Virus record (IMG/VR): IMGVR_UViG_3300040758_000047 | Location: 32,504-96,503 of that record | DNA: 64,000 bases | DNA from: a virus | Reading direction: 5' to 3' (one strand) | In this document: one piece after another, positions 38,882 through 49,538 of the stretch | Numbering within the stretch: position 1 is the stretch's first letter | How the letters are laid out: each line of letters starts with the position of its first letter | Made by a program: the position numbers and the translations under genes | Notes under the pieces: generated by a model | What the model was told of the DNA's origin: nothing | Seen by the model: only the letters and a program-made list of their open reading frames with translations | Database searches by the model: none

Positions 38882-39145
38882 ATGTATCCAATTTCAGACG
38901 CGACAGTACGAGGATGGCTTTACTTGAGTGATAGCTTTTGGGGCTCACTCACAGCCGAACAGCGCAAACAACTCAGGGATGAAGTGACAAACTGCCCGGA
39001 GTATTGCCCAAACACGAAAACTCACATCCACATCCCAGACAAACGGTCGCTCCGTATCGACGATGCTTTCGTTAACGTAGACTGCTCCGCGTGTGGCCGG
39101 ACGGGATGCGCGGGAAAATTCGATCCTGAAAAGATCGACTGGTAG
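38882..39145 (+). CDS. Cys-containing hypothetical protein
   Basis: GGAGG RBS. Confidence 0.55.
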   Translation: MYPISDATVRGWLYLSDSFWGSLTAEQRKQLRDEVTNCPEYCPNTKTHIHIPDKRSLRIDDAFVNVDCSACGRTGCAGKFDPEKIDW

Positions 39146-39244
39146 TCCCACGTTGTACTATTTATCCAGACGGTGAAAAGGGGATGTTCCATTGTCCCAA
39201 GTGCTCCCCGTTCTGGTTGGAGAAATTTCTCATTTGGCGCATGA

Positions 39245-39736
39245 ATGAACTTCGCGCCGATAACAAACTGGAGGCGATATGAAACTGGAGGTGGAGTACC
39301 TCACCGAAATGGTGCGGCTCGCATCGAAGGTATGAAACGCCCCCCGAGCGATGGCTGGACCTATTGGGATGAGGATGGCACACCTCACCGCCGCCGCCGT
39401 AACCCCTTGGACGCTCCGATCTATGACGTGGATCACATGAGCCGTCAAGAGATGCGGGCGATTATGAGCTGCTACGAGCAGGCTAAACGGCGTTGCGATC
39501 ATCTGAATCGCCGGGCGTTCCCAGGAGTTCTCACCGTCTCGCACATGCTCTACCCCATGCGGCCAGCCTATGCCCTGAAAGCAACGGCGGGCCTGCTACG
39601 GATGATCGAGCTGAGGTTGCACTATCACGTCGGAAAGGAGTATGAGAGGATTTATGCGAAGCTCCCTGTTTACGCGCAGTTCAGACGGTTCTTTAACGTC
39701 AAAGCCGCCGTGGAGAGTCAAGATAAAAAGTCTTGA
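39245..39736 (+). CDS. hypothetical protein
   Basis: ORF in the rightward arm. Confidence 0.5.
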   Translation: MNFAPITNWRRYETGGGVPHRNGAARIEGMKRPPSDGWTYWDEDGTPHRRRRNPLDAPIYDVDHMSRQEMRAIMSCYEQAKRRCDHLNRRAFPGVLTVSHMLYPMRPAYALKATAGLLRMIELRLHYHVGKEYERIYAKLPVYAQFRRFFNVKAAVESQDKKS

Positions 39737-39761
39737 CTCTAGGTTGGAATGGCTTTATACT
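39733..39761 (+). promoter_or_regulatory. sigma70 promoter
   Basis: TTGACT-N17-TATACT. Confidence 0.7.
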
Positions 39762-39781
39762 CACCGAGGAGAAACAGATTT

Positions 39782-39997
39782 GTGACTCTTATCAAGACTC
39801 CTGTTCGCCGGGAGACGTGTAGCCTTTACCGGCGACGGCCACTTGTGATTGTGGCCCACCCGAGACATCTGGAGATCAAGGAGAAGAAACGCCGAGACTC
39901 GGTGAACGTGTCGTATGAAGCTATTTACGAGTTTGCGCTCGCCATTCGCTACCGGCAACAACAGGCGGAGAAACGCGCCAAACGGAGACGGCTATGA
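39782..39997 (+). CDS. small basic phage protein
   Basis: GTG start after GAGGAG, downstream of the promoter. Confidence 0.55.
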   Translation: MTLIKTPVRRETCSLYRRRPLVIVAHPRHLEIKEKKRRDSVNVSYEAIYEFALAIRYRQQQAEKRAKRRRL

Positions 39998-40773
39998 GTT
40001 ATTGGAAAGTTCTGACGAGTGAGTTCCGGCCACCACTACAAGGCGGGAAGCCGCTTTGCGATGGCAAAACGTGGCCTGTGGAGCTACCGACAGTGCCGCT
40101 GGACCGCGGCTGGCACTTCTGCCGCGACATTCAGACCGCATTAAAAAGCGCTGGTTTTTGGCGAACTGGGCACCCAAACGCAGTTATACTCGTTGAGCCT
40201 CACGGCGACATTATCGAACGGGTCGATAAATTGCGAGCGGCGAGCCTCACACTGAAACGGCTGGCAACGGACAAAGAAATCTACAGCGCCCTAACCGCGT
40301 TCTCAACGCTTTTCGGAGAACATCGGGCAGCGATGGCTGAAGAACAATGGCTCTGGTGGCAGGCCCTTGCCCATCCCACATGGGATCGTGAGGCCGTTAT
40401 TGAAGGGTTGACCATTGCGCTTCGTGCCCGGTCGCTGCATTGGACAATCAAAGAATACCCTTCAGAAAAGGCTGCGTGGGATGCGTGGGCGTGGACTGCG
40501 TGGGCTGCGCGGGATGCGTGGGATGCGTGGGATGAGCGGTGGGCGTGGGATGCGGCGCGGGCTTTGCGGGATGCGGTGGCTACGCGGGATGCGTGGGGTG
40601 CTGGGGATGCGTGGGCTGCGCTCACACTTCAATTCGCAGCACGCAGTGGTTGGATCAGTCATAGCCACGATCTTCTGACAGTTGGTATTCGGGATGCCTA
40701 CCGTCACGGGCTTTTCGTTGCATTACCAACCGGCCCAAATGAACTTGGTTTTGTAATGGAGCCGCCAAAATGA
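39994..40773 (+). CDS. phage protein with Ala/Trp/Asp low-complexity repeats
   Basis: GWHFC motif plus AAWDAW repeats. Confidence 0.65.
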   Translation: MSYWKVLTSEFRPPLQGGKPLCDGKTWPVELPTVPLDRGWHFCRDIQTALKSAGFWRTGHPNAVILVEPHGDIIERVDKLRAASLTLKRLATDKEIYSALTAFSTLFGEHRAAMAEEQWLWWQALAHPTWDREAVIEGLTIALRARSLHWTIKEYPSEKAAWDAWAWTAWAARDAWDAWDERWAWDAARALRDAVATRDAWGAGDAWAALTLQFAARSGWISHSHDLLTVGIRDAYRHGLFVALPTGPNELGFVMEPPK

Positions 40774-41148
40774 CCCACCACGACATCGACCTTGCCATCA
40801 AACGGCTACGCCGACGATTAGACAAGATCATGGCCTGTACTTCGGGGATGCCGAACTACCCCAGCATCGCCAAACGAGTGAGCCTGATTCGAGAGGCCAT
40901 TGAGTCAGTCGAAGGACGAGAACAGCGGTTGCGGAGGGTGTCGTGACCCGATGGTGGACCCGCTTTGTCCGCAACCTGTTCCCCTACTCCACCCTGGCTG
41001 AAGTCGAAGACAGCGTGACCTCGCACCTCAGACGGTTGATTCCACCTACTGGATCGCGTTTGGATCTGTTAGCCCGACAAGAACGCGGAGAGACTTTAAC
41101 TAAACCACAACCAAGACCTGTCTTGGTTAAAAGAAAGAAGGCTTCCAA

Positions 41149-41754
41149 ATGAAGCAAAATAAGGGGCAGAAGAGAGGGAAAGTTCGACAAGCGATGACCA
41201 TCGTTCAGAAAGCCGTCCTGAAGCATCCCGATCAGCGCACCCAGAACCTCTCGCTGTTCCGCTTGGAGCCCTCGGTTTACCGTTGGATTATTGACGGACC
41301 CGGCAGGCCGTTTGACTGCGTAGACTATCTGAGCCTTCACGACGGAGTGAAGCAACTGCGCGTTTTGGTCGAGACCGATCCAGCCTATGTCGGTGTGGAC
41401 CTCACGATTGTTCCAGTGGAACTACCGCCAGAGGAAAGAGCGGCGCGACGTGTGAGTCCGCTTTGCAAGGATAGAGATCTAGAAGCAATCGCCACAATTA
41501 TCCGGGAAGAGACCGCGATAGATAAGCTCATCGAGGCTACCAACCTTCTCTTAGCATACGAGTATCCGAGACGCCTGCAACCAAAACGCCCAGGCCTTGA
41601 CCTTACATGGGCAGGTTTGGTGCTCTCAATCATCGAGGCTTTGGAAATAGCCCAAAGGCAGGACCTCTCTAACCTCAAGAAACAGCTTACGGAAGGCATC
41701 AAGGACATCAAGATTTACTCTGCCTTGCCTCCCCAGATGGAGAAACCGCAATGA
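41149..41754 (+). CDS. hypothetical protein
   Basis: Coupled ORF. Confidence 0.55.
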   Translation: MKQNKGQKRGKVRQAMTIVQKAVLKHPDQRTQNLSLFRLEPSVYRWIIDGPGRPFDCVDYLSLHDGVKQLRVLVETDPAYVGVDLTIVPVELPPEERAARRVSPLCKDRDLEAIATIIREETAIDKLIEATNLLLAYEYPRRLQPKRPGLDLTWAGLVLSIIEALEIAQRQDLSNLKKQLTEGIKDIKIYSALPPQMEKPQ

Positions 41755-42448
41755 GCATCGACATCACTACGTTTGTGGACCCCACAGACCCCGATTTCGC
41801 AGAAATCCGAGGGATGGCTATCGCTGGTTTCTCCTTGGACGAAATGAGGGCAATGTGGAGGCTGAAACATAGCAAGAGAAAGGTAGTGTCCCAAAACGGG
41901 GCTGATCCCAAGACTTTTTCTCTTGACCAAACCAAACAAGAAAGGAATAGTCGTGAGAACGATTAATACCACAACACTACACGAAGCTCAGGAACCGCGT
42001 CACGCCCCGTTCGAGCGGGGGCGCATGTATAGCATGCTGGATTTGCTAGGAGGGGGCACCGCTACCTGCGATGACTGCCACCGCTGGCAGCGATTTTCAT
42101 CGCTTGACCCCCGACGTTCGCTCGCACAAACAGGATGGACATTCGAAGGCGGTAAAGATCTTTGTCCTGTATGCTCACCCAAGCGTAACCAAACCGAAAG
42201 GGAGAAAGGAGCGCCTTAAATGCAACACAACATCGATTGCTCTCCAGCGGTTGCTGGAGAGGCAGCCGGATCTCGCCGGAGAGTTTCAGGCGATACGCCA
42301 AGGTTTAAAGACCGGAGAAGTAGCGCGGCAACACGAGATCCAACTCGGTTTGCTTGATGGGATAATCGCGCAACTTCGCGGTACTTAGATGCGTCTTGCA
42401 TTTTGGCACACTCCAATGCATTATTGAATTGCGCCAAGATTCTAGTGA

Positions 42449-42474
42449 GGCCCCGGTGCCAGCCGGGGCTTTTG
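42449..42474 (+). terminator. intrinsic terminator
   Basis: GGCCCCGG-TGCCAG-CCGGGGCT followed by TTTT. Confidence 0.55.
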
Positions 42475-42516
42475 CATTTATGCTATCTTAACCTCGGTTG
42501 TGAAGAAAGGGCCGAA

Positions 42517-43008
42517 ATGGAATTATCCCCATCAATGAGAGATTTGGTTGACCGCCTAGTGGAGCAGCAGCGGGCGTCCAATGCCGATTTGTCGCTTCAG
42601 AATCGGGTCATGCTGGAGCACGCAAGAATCGCCGAAGAGAACAACGATTTCCTGTGGCGTGCGATCATTGCCGAGATGCGCGCTCTCATCACGAAGTACA
42701 ACGGGACGTTTCGGAACCAATTCTACCTCACGCCCGAAGATCCAGAGGGCGAGAAGTCCGTTATGGTAAGCTGCTCGGTATTCCCGCTGGCGAGCCTCAC
42801 CCTTTCCCGGCCATCCCCACATTTCTTCGAGTTCTCTATTGACCGAACTCAGGGGTCTTTTGCTCCCCGCAAGGGCACGAATGGTCGTATTGACGTTAAG
42901 CCGGACTCTAACCGCAACGTCCCCATGGTGGCCCAAGACGGGACCCCGCTCCCAACACCCCTCGACGTAGCCGAATACCTGCTTGAGCCTCTTTTCCGTC
43001 CCCGCTAA
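42517..43008 (+). CDS. hypothetical protein (moron-like)
   Basis: Likely start MELSPSM at 42517. Confidence 0.55.
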   Translation: MELSPSMRDLVDRLVEQQRASNADLSLQNRVMLEHARIAEENNDFLWRAIIAEMRALITKYNGTFRNQFYLTPEDPEGEKSVMVSCSVFPLASLTLSRPSPHFFEFSIDRTQGSFAPRKGTNGRIDVKPDSNRNVPMVAQDGTPLPTPLDVAEYLLEPLFRPR

Positions 43009-43062
43009 ACGATCAACGGCAGATTTAGGACACTACCACTCATGCGGTAGAAGAAAAAACTC

Positions 43063-43119
43063 TTGACTTGAGTCAAGAGAAGAACTATACTCACAAACGG
43101 AAGAAGTCCCACGTGGGAC
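43063..43119 (+). promoter_or_regulatory. sigma70 promoter followed by a perfect parS-like palindrome
   Basis: TTGACT-N17-TATACT (the -35 lies in the palindrome TCTTGACT..AGTCAAGA), then GTCCCACGTGGGAC at 43106. Confidence 0.7.
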
Positions 43120-43328
43120 AAGAAGGAGAAAACACAAATGAACTGGCCCAGTAAGCTGTTTGCGGTTCGCCGCCGATTCAAGGGGTTGGGACCGTCTCCC
43201 ACGGTCGTGTTCTGCGAAGAAAGCGCCTTGCGGCGCGGTGATATCGCCGTCGAGTATACATTGAACACCGATCCATTCTTGGTGGATTTAACGGTCGTCA
43301 GAAACGACATCCCGGAAGGAGAAGAGAA

Positions 43329-45137
43329 GTGAACGACGAACTGCAACCGGCCAAGGCCGTGCCCGAAACCATGAAAGCGGTGACCAAGTTTACCGCAGAA
43401 CATGCCCGCGAAGTCGGATTGCCCAGCCCCGAAGCCGTGAACTACATGATGAGCATTGCGAACATGCTGTTAAGCAGCGCCCTCATTACTCAGGACATGG
43501 CATTGCCAGATTCGGAGATTGGCAGACTCAGAGGCATGGGCTACACCCCAGAACAGATCACGGAATTTCGCGACAAGTACGTCCGCTCGAACGCAATGGC
43601 GAAAATGCTAGTGGGCCACGAAATGAGCATTGACCCGATGGCCGCTCTCCAAGACATCGACATCGTGAAGGGCAAGATTTTCGTCCGCTACCCTCAACTG
43701 ATCGACCAGATGATCCGCAAGGGCTTCACCGTCAAATGGGTAGAGCGGACCAACGAACGAGCCGCTATCGAGGTCGCTCGGCCCGGTATTGACGCGGAAA
43801 CCTTCGAGTTTACCATTCAGGACGCCAAGCAGGCCGGTCTCACCGAAACCAAAGAAGGCAAAGAGGGTATGTACCAGAAGCGTCCACGAGTGATGCTCTC
43901 TGCCCGTGCTGCGTCGGAAGCCTACCGAATGACTGGTGGACGTGGGAACGTCTACACTCCAGAGGAAAAGGATGAGATATTCAACTCCACGACAGCCGAA
44001 CCTTCCGAATCGGACAAAAAACGGGCGGAAGTAATTGCGGCCCGCGACGATATGAAGGTGGCGCTCAAACCCAAGCCCGAACCGTCGCCGGTTGTGGAAA
44101 TTACCAAAGATCCTCAACCTGCTCAAACCGAGCCGATTACTGCCCAATACGCGATTCACAGGGTTTTCCACACCGGGGGTGGCGGCGAACGGGTGATCCC
44201 GACCGACGAAATTCGGCCGAAACGCGAGGAGGATGCCAACCTTAGAGCACAAGCCCTTGCGAATGAGACCAATAGCCCATACGAAGTGGTTGAGGTCAGC
44301 GCATCGGGCGAAGTTCAAACCAAACAAAGATTCAACCCGCCAACTAGGATGCCCGAGAAACCGCAGGAGAAGCCGCAGGTTGAGCCGGAGCACTCCAAGC
44401 CAGTCATAGAGCCCTCCGAAGCATCGGACGCCAAGAAGGCCCTCATGGCCCGTCTAAATGCCCTTGCAAAAACCCTGGCGCTTCCCATCAAGACGGCGGG
44501 TTCCCGATTCAACGCTTTTTTCGCGGGATGGTTCGGTTGCGGGCTGAAAGAGCTTCCCAAGGACCCGGCTGAGTATCAGGTGGCTGTGGAAGAACTCGAA
44601 AGCTGTATCAATGCCGACGTAAACGAGTTCAACTCGGGACCGGAAGAGGCCGGGAAGAGGCGCGCACGGTGGGCCAAGGAAGTGCGCAATTTCCTTGACG
44701 GTCAATGGCCCAAGAACCCCGAAACCGTGGCTTTGGGATGCACCCTTTGCCGACGCTGGAGATTAACCCCTCCCCAGTTCAAGACTTGGTTTGAATCGGG
44801 GGTCATCGCTCTCGACTTCACTCCCCAAGAGGACGGCCACGCTTACATTCGGCTGATGCTGGCTACTCCCAATCTGCGGTCTGGAGCCGATCTGTTGGAT
44901 TGGTACAACAAAAATAAACTCGAATCTGGGGTCTTGGCGGCAGCAGTGCAGCAGATCGAGCAACGGGCCTTGAAGTGTTCTTTGGAACAAGCCAAGGAAC
45001 AAGACATCGACAAAGCAGTGAAGGCTTGGTTATTGGCGGCGGGTGAACAGACTCCCAAGACCGCGCCGCCGCCCAAACAGGAGCCCCCAGCATCCACTGA
45101 GGACGATGGGGGCGGAATCTTTGACGAACTGTTATAA
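43329..45137 (+). CDS. RecT/Bet-like ssDNA-annealing protein with long C-terminal extension
   Basis: GHEMSIDPMAALQDIDIVKGK...FTIQDAKQAGL...YQKRPRVMLSARA...YTPEE. Confidence 0.75.
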   Translation: MNDELQPAKAVPETMKAVTKFTAEHAREVGLPSPEAVNYMMSIANMLLSSALITQDMALPDSEIGRLRGMGYTPEQITEFRDKYVRSNAMAKMLVGHEMSIDPMAALQDIDIVKGKIFVRYPQLIDQMIRKGFTVKWVERTNERAAIEVARPGIDAETFEFTIQDAKQAGLTETKEGKEGMYQKRPRVMLSARAASEAYRMTGGRGNVYTPEEKDEIFNSTTAEPSESDKKRAEVIAARDDMKVALKPKPEPSPVVEITKDPQPAQTEPITAQYAIHRVFHTGGGGERVIPTDEIRPKREEDANLRAQALANETNSPYEVVEVSASGEVQTKQRFNPPTRMPEKPQEKPQVEPEHSKPVIEPSEASDAKKALMARLNALAKTLALPIKTAGSRFNAFFAGWFGCGLKELPKDPAEYQVAVEELESCINADVNEFNSGPEEAGKRRARWAKEVRNFLDGQWPKNPETVALGCTLCRRWRLTPPQFKTWFESGVIALDFTPQEDGHAYIRLMLATPNLRSGADLLDWYNKNKLESGVLAAAVQQIEQRALKCSLEQAKEQDIDKAVKAWLLAAGEQTPKTAPPPKQEPPASTEDDGGGIFDELL

Positions 45138-45140
45138 CTC

Positions 45141-45328
45141 GTAAGCAACCGCGCGGCTGAAGCCGGCGGCTTTGTAACTAAGCCATGCTAAACAGCAGCA
45201 CAACTCGCTACGTTCGGCCCGCTTACAGTGGCCCTGCCAGCTATTACCCTGGCAGCGTTGGTATCCGCGTGCGCCGCGCTATCCCTCCGCATGGCTGAAG
45301 CCAGCGGTTTCTCGCGCAAAGGAGTTTT
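45141..45328 (+). mobile_element. non-autonomous IS200/IS605-type miniature element (IscB/HEARO-like ends), copy 1
   Basis: GGCTGAAGCC hairpins at both ends, internal CTACGTT, 3' flank ATGAA; first 125 nt identical to 63876-64000. Confidence 0.7.
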
Positions 45329-46000
45329 ATGAACGGCCTCACTTATCTCGACGACAGACACGAGTACCGGCTGAATGGAATCTGGAAGCCGGGAGTCACA
45401 CGAGTGCTTGCCGACTGCGGTTTTAACAAGGGGTCCGACTTCTTCGATGAAGAGTCTCGGGTGCGTGGGCAATTAGTCCATAAGGCTCGTTTCCTAGTGG
45501 ACGAGCACGCACCCGAGGCCGAAACACTGGAGGACGTGCTTGAAGTGATGGACCTCGGCGAGACTATCCAGCCTTACGTAGCGGGGTGGGTATGGTTCAA
45601 GAGGGAAACGGGATTCAAACCGATCGGCCACGAGCAGCCGATGTGTCTACCGGACCTGAATGTTTGCGGGACTCCAGACGTTTGGGGCCTGTACCCAAGC
45701 GGCAAGCTGGTCCTGATCGATACCAAGGGTTGGAAAAGTCAGGGGAGTAGGCCCAAGCGGGCGGCAGAGATCCAAACAGCGGGCTACAAGTTGATGTTGA
45801 AACACTCCCTGAATCTCACCGCCGATTTACGGGATATTGTGGCGTTGCCTGGGGATGGCACCTTTCGAGTGTATCGGTGCTCCAACCCCATGGATGAAGC
45901 AATCTTTCGGGCGTGCTGTATGATCTGGCACGACCGTGCCAATAACAAATTGATTGATGGTCTGGAAGGACCATCGGACAGGAGTAACTCTAATGGATAA
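45329..46000 (+). CDS. PD-(D/E)XK nuclease (partner of the RecT-like protein)
   Basis: PGVTRVL, RGQLVH, CGTPD...LIDTK, QTAGY. Confidence 0.8.
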   Translation: MNGLTYLDDRHEYRLNGIWKPGVTRVLADCGFNKGSDFFDEESRVRGQLVHKARFLVDEHAPEAETLEDVLEVMDLGETIQPYVAGWVWFKRETGFKPIGHEQPMCLPDLNVCGTPDVWGLYPSGKLVLIDTKGWKSQGSRPKRAAEIQTAGYKLMLKHSLNLTADLRDIVALPGDGTFRVYRCSNPMDEAIFRACCMIWHDRANNKLIDGLEGPSDRSNSNG

Positions 46001-46784
46001 ATCCACAGCGTTAGTGCCGTTCAATGCCCAGACCTTAAAGACGCAAGCCAGCCAATTGTCGGTGGTCTTGGATATCAACGTCCCGGCGTTACAGATGGAG
46101 GTTGAGGCCCATCTTCAAGGGCTCGCCTCTTTACAGGTTCAGGCGAAAACCCTGAACATCCAAGATGACTCCACTTACGGCGAAGCGATGGAGTTACGGA
46201 AGAACGTGGCCACCCGCGCCGATGGACTGACGCGGATCTGGTCGAGGTTCAAGGGGCCTTTGAACGGCGCTCGCGCTACCGTGCTGGAGTTAGAACACGC
46301 GACAGTGGACCCCTTGACCGCTATCAAGGACATACTCACCAAGAAGGGCGAGAAGTACCTGAACGACATGCGGCGTGCCAAGGCGGAAAGCGAAGCGGCC
46401 TTCGCTCGCGTAGCTGAAGAACAGCGCCTCAAACTGGAACGCGAAGCCGCCGCACTGATGGCCCGTGGGCGGGTGGCAGAAGCCGAAGCCAAGACTCAGG
46501 AGGCCCAGATCACCATTACGCCGACCTTGGCTAACGCTATCCCTGTAGTCGCCGATGCCAAGGTGGGCACGCAGTTCAAAGGCTCCTGTACGGATATCAT
46601 TGCTTTCGCCAAGGCGATTGCAACGGGCAAGGTCAATCTGATGCAGGAAGTCAAGCCGGGAGACATGCGGCCTATCCTGGTCGTCGATCAGGTAGTGTTG
46701 AATGCCGTTGTCTTTCATCATCAGGATTCCCTCAACTGGCCCGGTATCACGGTTACGAGCGGGGCCAAGATATCCACGAGGTAA
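45993..46784 (+). CDS. coiled-coil phage protein of the recombination module
   Basis: Long helical region with C-terminal PGI motif; start MDKSTAL. Confidence 0.6.
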   Translation: MDKSTALVPFNAQTLKTQASQLSVVLDINVPALQMEVEAHLQGLASLQVQAKTLNIQDDSTYGEAMELRKNVATRADGLTRIWSRFKGPLNGARATVLELEHATVDPLTAIKDILTKKGEKYLNDMRRAKAESEAAFARVAEEQRLKLEREAAALMARGRVAEAEAKTQEAQITITPTLANAIPVVADAKVGTQFKGSCTDIIAFAKAIATGKVNLMQEVKPGDMRPILVVDQVVLNAVVFHHQDSLNWPGITVTSGAKISTR

Positions 46785-47079
46785 ACTTATGCGAGAAGCC
46801 ATCTCGTTCATCTTATGGTGCGCGTTATTTGCTCTTGCCTCTATAGGAGGGTTCGCTTGGGGCTCCTGGGTGGGGCAAGCAATCGTGCACGCGAAACAGC
46901 GGAAGACTCAACCTCCTGTCTGCCGATTCTGCGGTGAGTCAGATGTTATTTTAGTCTCAGATGAGGACGGCACAGCCTGTCTGCCATGCTTTCGATTCAG
47001 GGAAGCTTTGGCCGAGTTAGAGAGGATGTGGAACTTGAGATAGGGGACGTGAAATGAACGTCAATATAGGAGCAAGTCT

Positions 47080-47316
47080 ATGAAAACGTATACGAATTTT
47101 GTGTCGAGCAACGTAAAATCTCTCGCTTACGATGAGGCGGCTAAGGAGGTTTTTGTGACCTTCAAGGATAAGGCTGGTAATGCAACGTCAACCCACGCCT
47201 ATCGACCTATCCCCGAAGACACCTTCACCGACCGAATCCTGAACGCCCCCTCCGTGGGAAGCGCCGTCCACCAGTTCCTTGTCAAGGGAACCTGTGAGCG
47301 GAGGAAGATAAGCTAA
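47080..47316 (+). CDS. KTSC domain protein
   Basis: VSSNVKSLAYD...VTFK...AY...LNAPSVGS. Confidence 0.8.
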   Translation: MKTYTNFVSSNVKSLAYDEAAKEVFVTFKDKAGNATSTHAYRPIPEDTFTDRILNAPSVGSAVHQFLVKGTCERRKIS

Positions 47317-47621
47317 TGGAATACTCACGCGAGGGGAGCCTGCCCGAAAATACAGGTGCCCGCTGCCGGTACTGCCATGGCGACCACAACAAGGAGACCA
47401 TTCTGTGCGACCGCGAGGCTTATCTGCGTCTGCGTGCGGTGGAGGCGCTCGAAGATATCGCAGAATACCTCCGTTCACTTTTCGAGTCCCACGTGGGATA
47501 ACCCATGCCCTACCTCTACTACCGGCTCCTTTTCGGGCTCGCGGTGTTCGGTGAAGCTCGGGCTGTCATTGTTAGGGGAATTGATATAATTCCCATTGTT
47601 AGGCTGCGGGGGATCGGGTAG

Positions 47622-49424
47622 ATGCCTCTCCGCCCCTACCAGACTCAGTGCCTAGCCGACATCCAAGAGAACCTTCACCAGGGGATCTCCAGACAATTAG
47701 TCGTGATGGCAACGGGGCTGGGCAAGACCGTGGTCGCGGCCCATATTCCCGAAATGGTTGAACTACGCAGGCAGAGAAAGCGCGGCCTCTTCCTTGTCCA
47801 TCGCAATGAACTTTGTGAGCAGGCCGCGCGCAAATTCCATCAGTACAATCCCCATCTGAAGGTCGCTATTGAACGTGCCGACTATCGGGCTGAAGATGCC
47901 GACATCGTAGTGGCTTCTGTTCAGACACTCGGTAAGGCCGAGTATGAAGGGGCGGAAAACGAAGGCTACTGGAAGTATGGTGACCGGCTGACTCAGTTCG
48001 ATCCCGACCAGTTCAGCTTTCTGATAGTTGACGAGTGCCATCATGCCAGTGCCGTGAGTTACCAGTCTGTCTTCCGTTACTTCCGTGTGCTGAAAGGCGA
48101 GGCTGACTGCGACCCATCGAAGCTATTCATTGGGATCACCGCCACACCAAACAGAAGCGACAACATCGGCTTGGAAGTCCTATTCGACCGCATAAGTTAC
48201 AACTACGGAATCGCGGAGGGGATCACGGATGGATGGCTGACGCGGATCATCGCTCATCGAATCGAGACAGAGCATGACATCAGCCAGGTCCACATAACGC
48301 ATGGAGACTTCAACCAAGCCGAGTTAGAGGCGGCAGTCAACACCCCCGCACGAAATGAACTCATCGCTCGTGAATACTGCAAACATAAGCCAGAAGGGCC
48401 AGCTTTCTTCTTCACCGTGGACATAAAACATGCTGTTGACTTAGCAGAGGTTATGCGGGCACACGGCGTTAAAGTCTACCCGATCAGCGGTCACACTCCA
48501 GAATTAGAGTGTAAGCGGTTCATGCGGCTAATTAACGAAGGCGAGATCGACGGCCTAGCTTCTGCGGGGAAACTCATTGAGGGCATCGACGCCCCGCGTG
48601 TGATGACGGCGGCTATGTGTGTGCCGACGAAATCCAAACTCCGTTTCCAGCAGATGGCCGGGAGAGTTGTCAGGCCCTTCCCGGCACCCGAGGACAAAGA
48701 GTCCCACGTGGGATGGGTTAAGCCACATGCTTTGATCCTTGACTTTTGCGATCTGAGCGGCAGACATTCTCTGGTCACGATCGCTTCTCTCTTCGGTCTA
48801 CGGGCTAAGTTCGATGCCAAGGGCGGCGACGTTCTTCAGCAGGCCCGCGCTATTGAAGAACTCGAAGCCCAAAACCCCGGTTTAGACTTCCGTGACGAAC
48901 CGGATCTGGAGTCCGCCAGAGCCAAAGCTGACAAGTTCAAGACCTCTCGTCACCTGGTAGACCTTTTGAAGCCTCCCGAGTGCCCCGAGGAACTCCGCAA
49001 ACTAAGCCGATTTACATGGCTGAAAGAGACTGAGGGATCTTACCACCTTGGCCTGATGAACAACAGTATGCTTTCGATCCGCGAGAACGGATTAGGGCAT
49101 TGTGAAGTTTACCGCCATGTTCGGGGGATCAGAACCAAACTGTACGTAGCCAAAGACCTAAAAGAAGCAGTGGAAATGGCCGAACATGAGGTTCCAGGAG
49201 AAGATCGAAAAATTATGGCGGCGACAGCCGCCTGGAGAAAAGAACCGCCAACTGGAGCCCAAGCGAGGCTGCTGTTTGTGTTGGACCGGAAGCTCAAACG
49301 GGAGTTCCGGGACCCTGGTCAATTACATACCTTCCTTCTACAGCGCTTCACGGCTGGAGATATCTCCCAGAGCCGAGGAGGTGTGAGCGCTAGAATCGAT
49401 TCTCTCCGTGCCGCTCGCTCCTAA
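47622..49424 (+). CDS. superfamily 2 DEAD/DEAH-box helicase
   Basis: LRPYQ, ATGLGKT, DECHH, TATPNR, EGIDAP, QMAGR. Confidence 0.92.
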   Translation: MPLRPYQTQCLADIQENLHQGISRQLVVMATGLGKTVVAAHIPEMVELRRQRKRGLFLVHRNELCEQAARKFHQYNPHLKVAIERADYRAEDADIVVASVQTLGKAEYEGAENEGYWKYGDRLTQFDPDQFSFLIVDECHHASAVSYQSVFRYFRVLKGEADCDPSKLFIGITATPNRSDNIGLEVLFDRISYNYGIAEGITDGWLTRIIAHRIETEHDISQVHITHGDFNQAELEAAVNTPARNELIAREYCKHKPEGPAFFFTVDIKHAVDLAEVMRAHGVKVYPISGHTPELECKRFMRLINEGEIDGLASAGKLIEGIDAPRVMTAAMCVPTKSKLRFQQMAGRVVRPFPAPEDKESHVGWVKPHALILDFCDLSGRHSLVTIASLFGLRAKFDAKGGDVLQQARAIEELEAQNPGLDFRDEPDLESARAKADKFKTSRHLVDLLKPPECPEELRKLSRFTWLKETEGSYHLGLMNNSMLSIRENGLGHCEVYRHVRGIRTKLYVAKDLKEAVEMAEHEVPGEDRKIMAATAAWRKEPPTGAQARLLFVLDRKLKREFRDPGQLHTFLLQRFTAGDISQSRGGVSARIDSLRAARS

Positions 49425-49538
49425 ACAGAGAGTGCTGTGTTCTTTGGTAGTGTCCTAAACACCAGCGCGCGCAGCGCTTCGGTGGCAAGGGGCGTGAATT
49501 TGTGATACTATCCGTAGTATCAAGCTGGAATACGCCGT

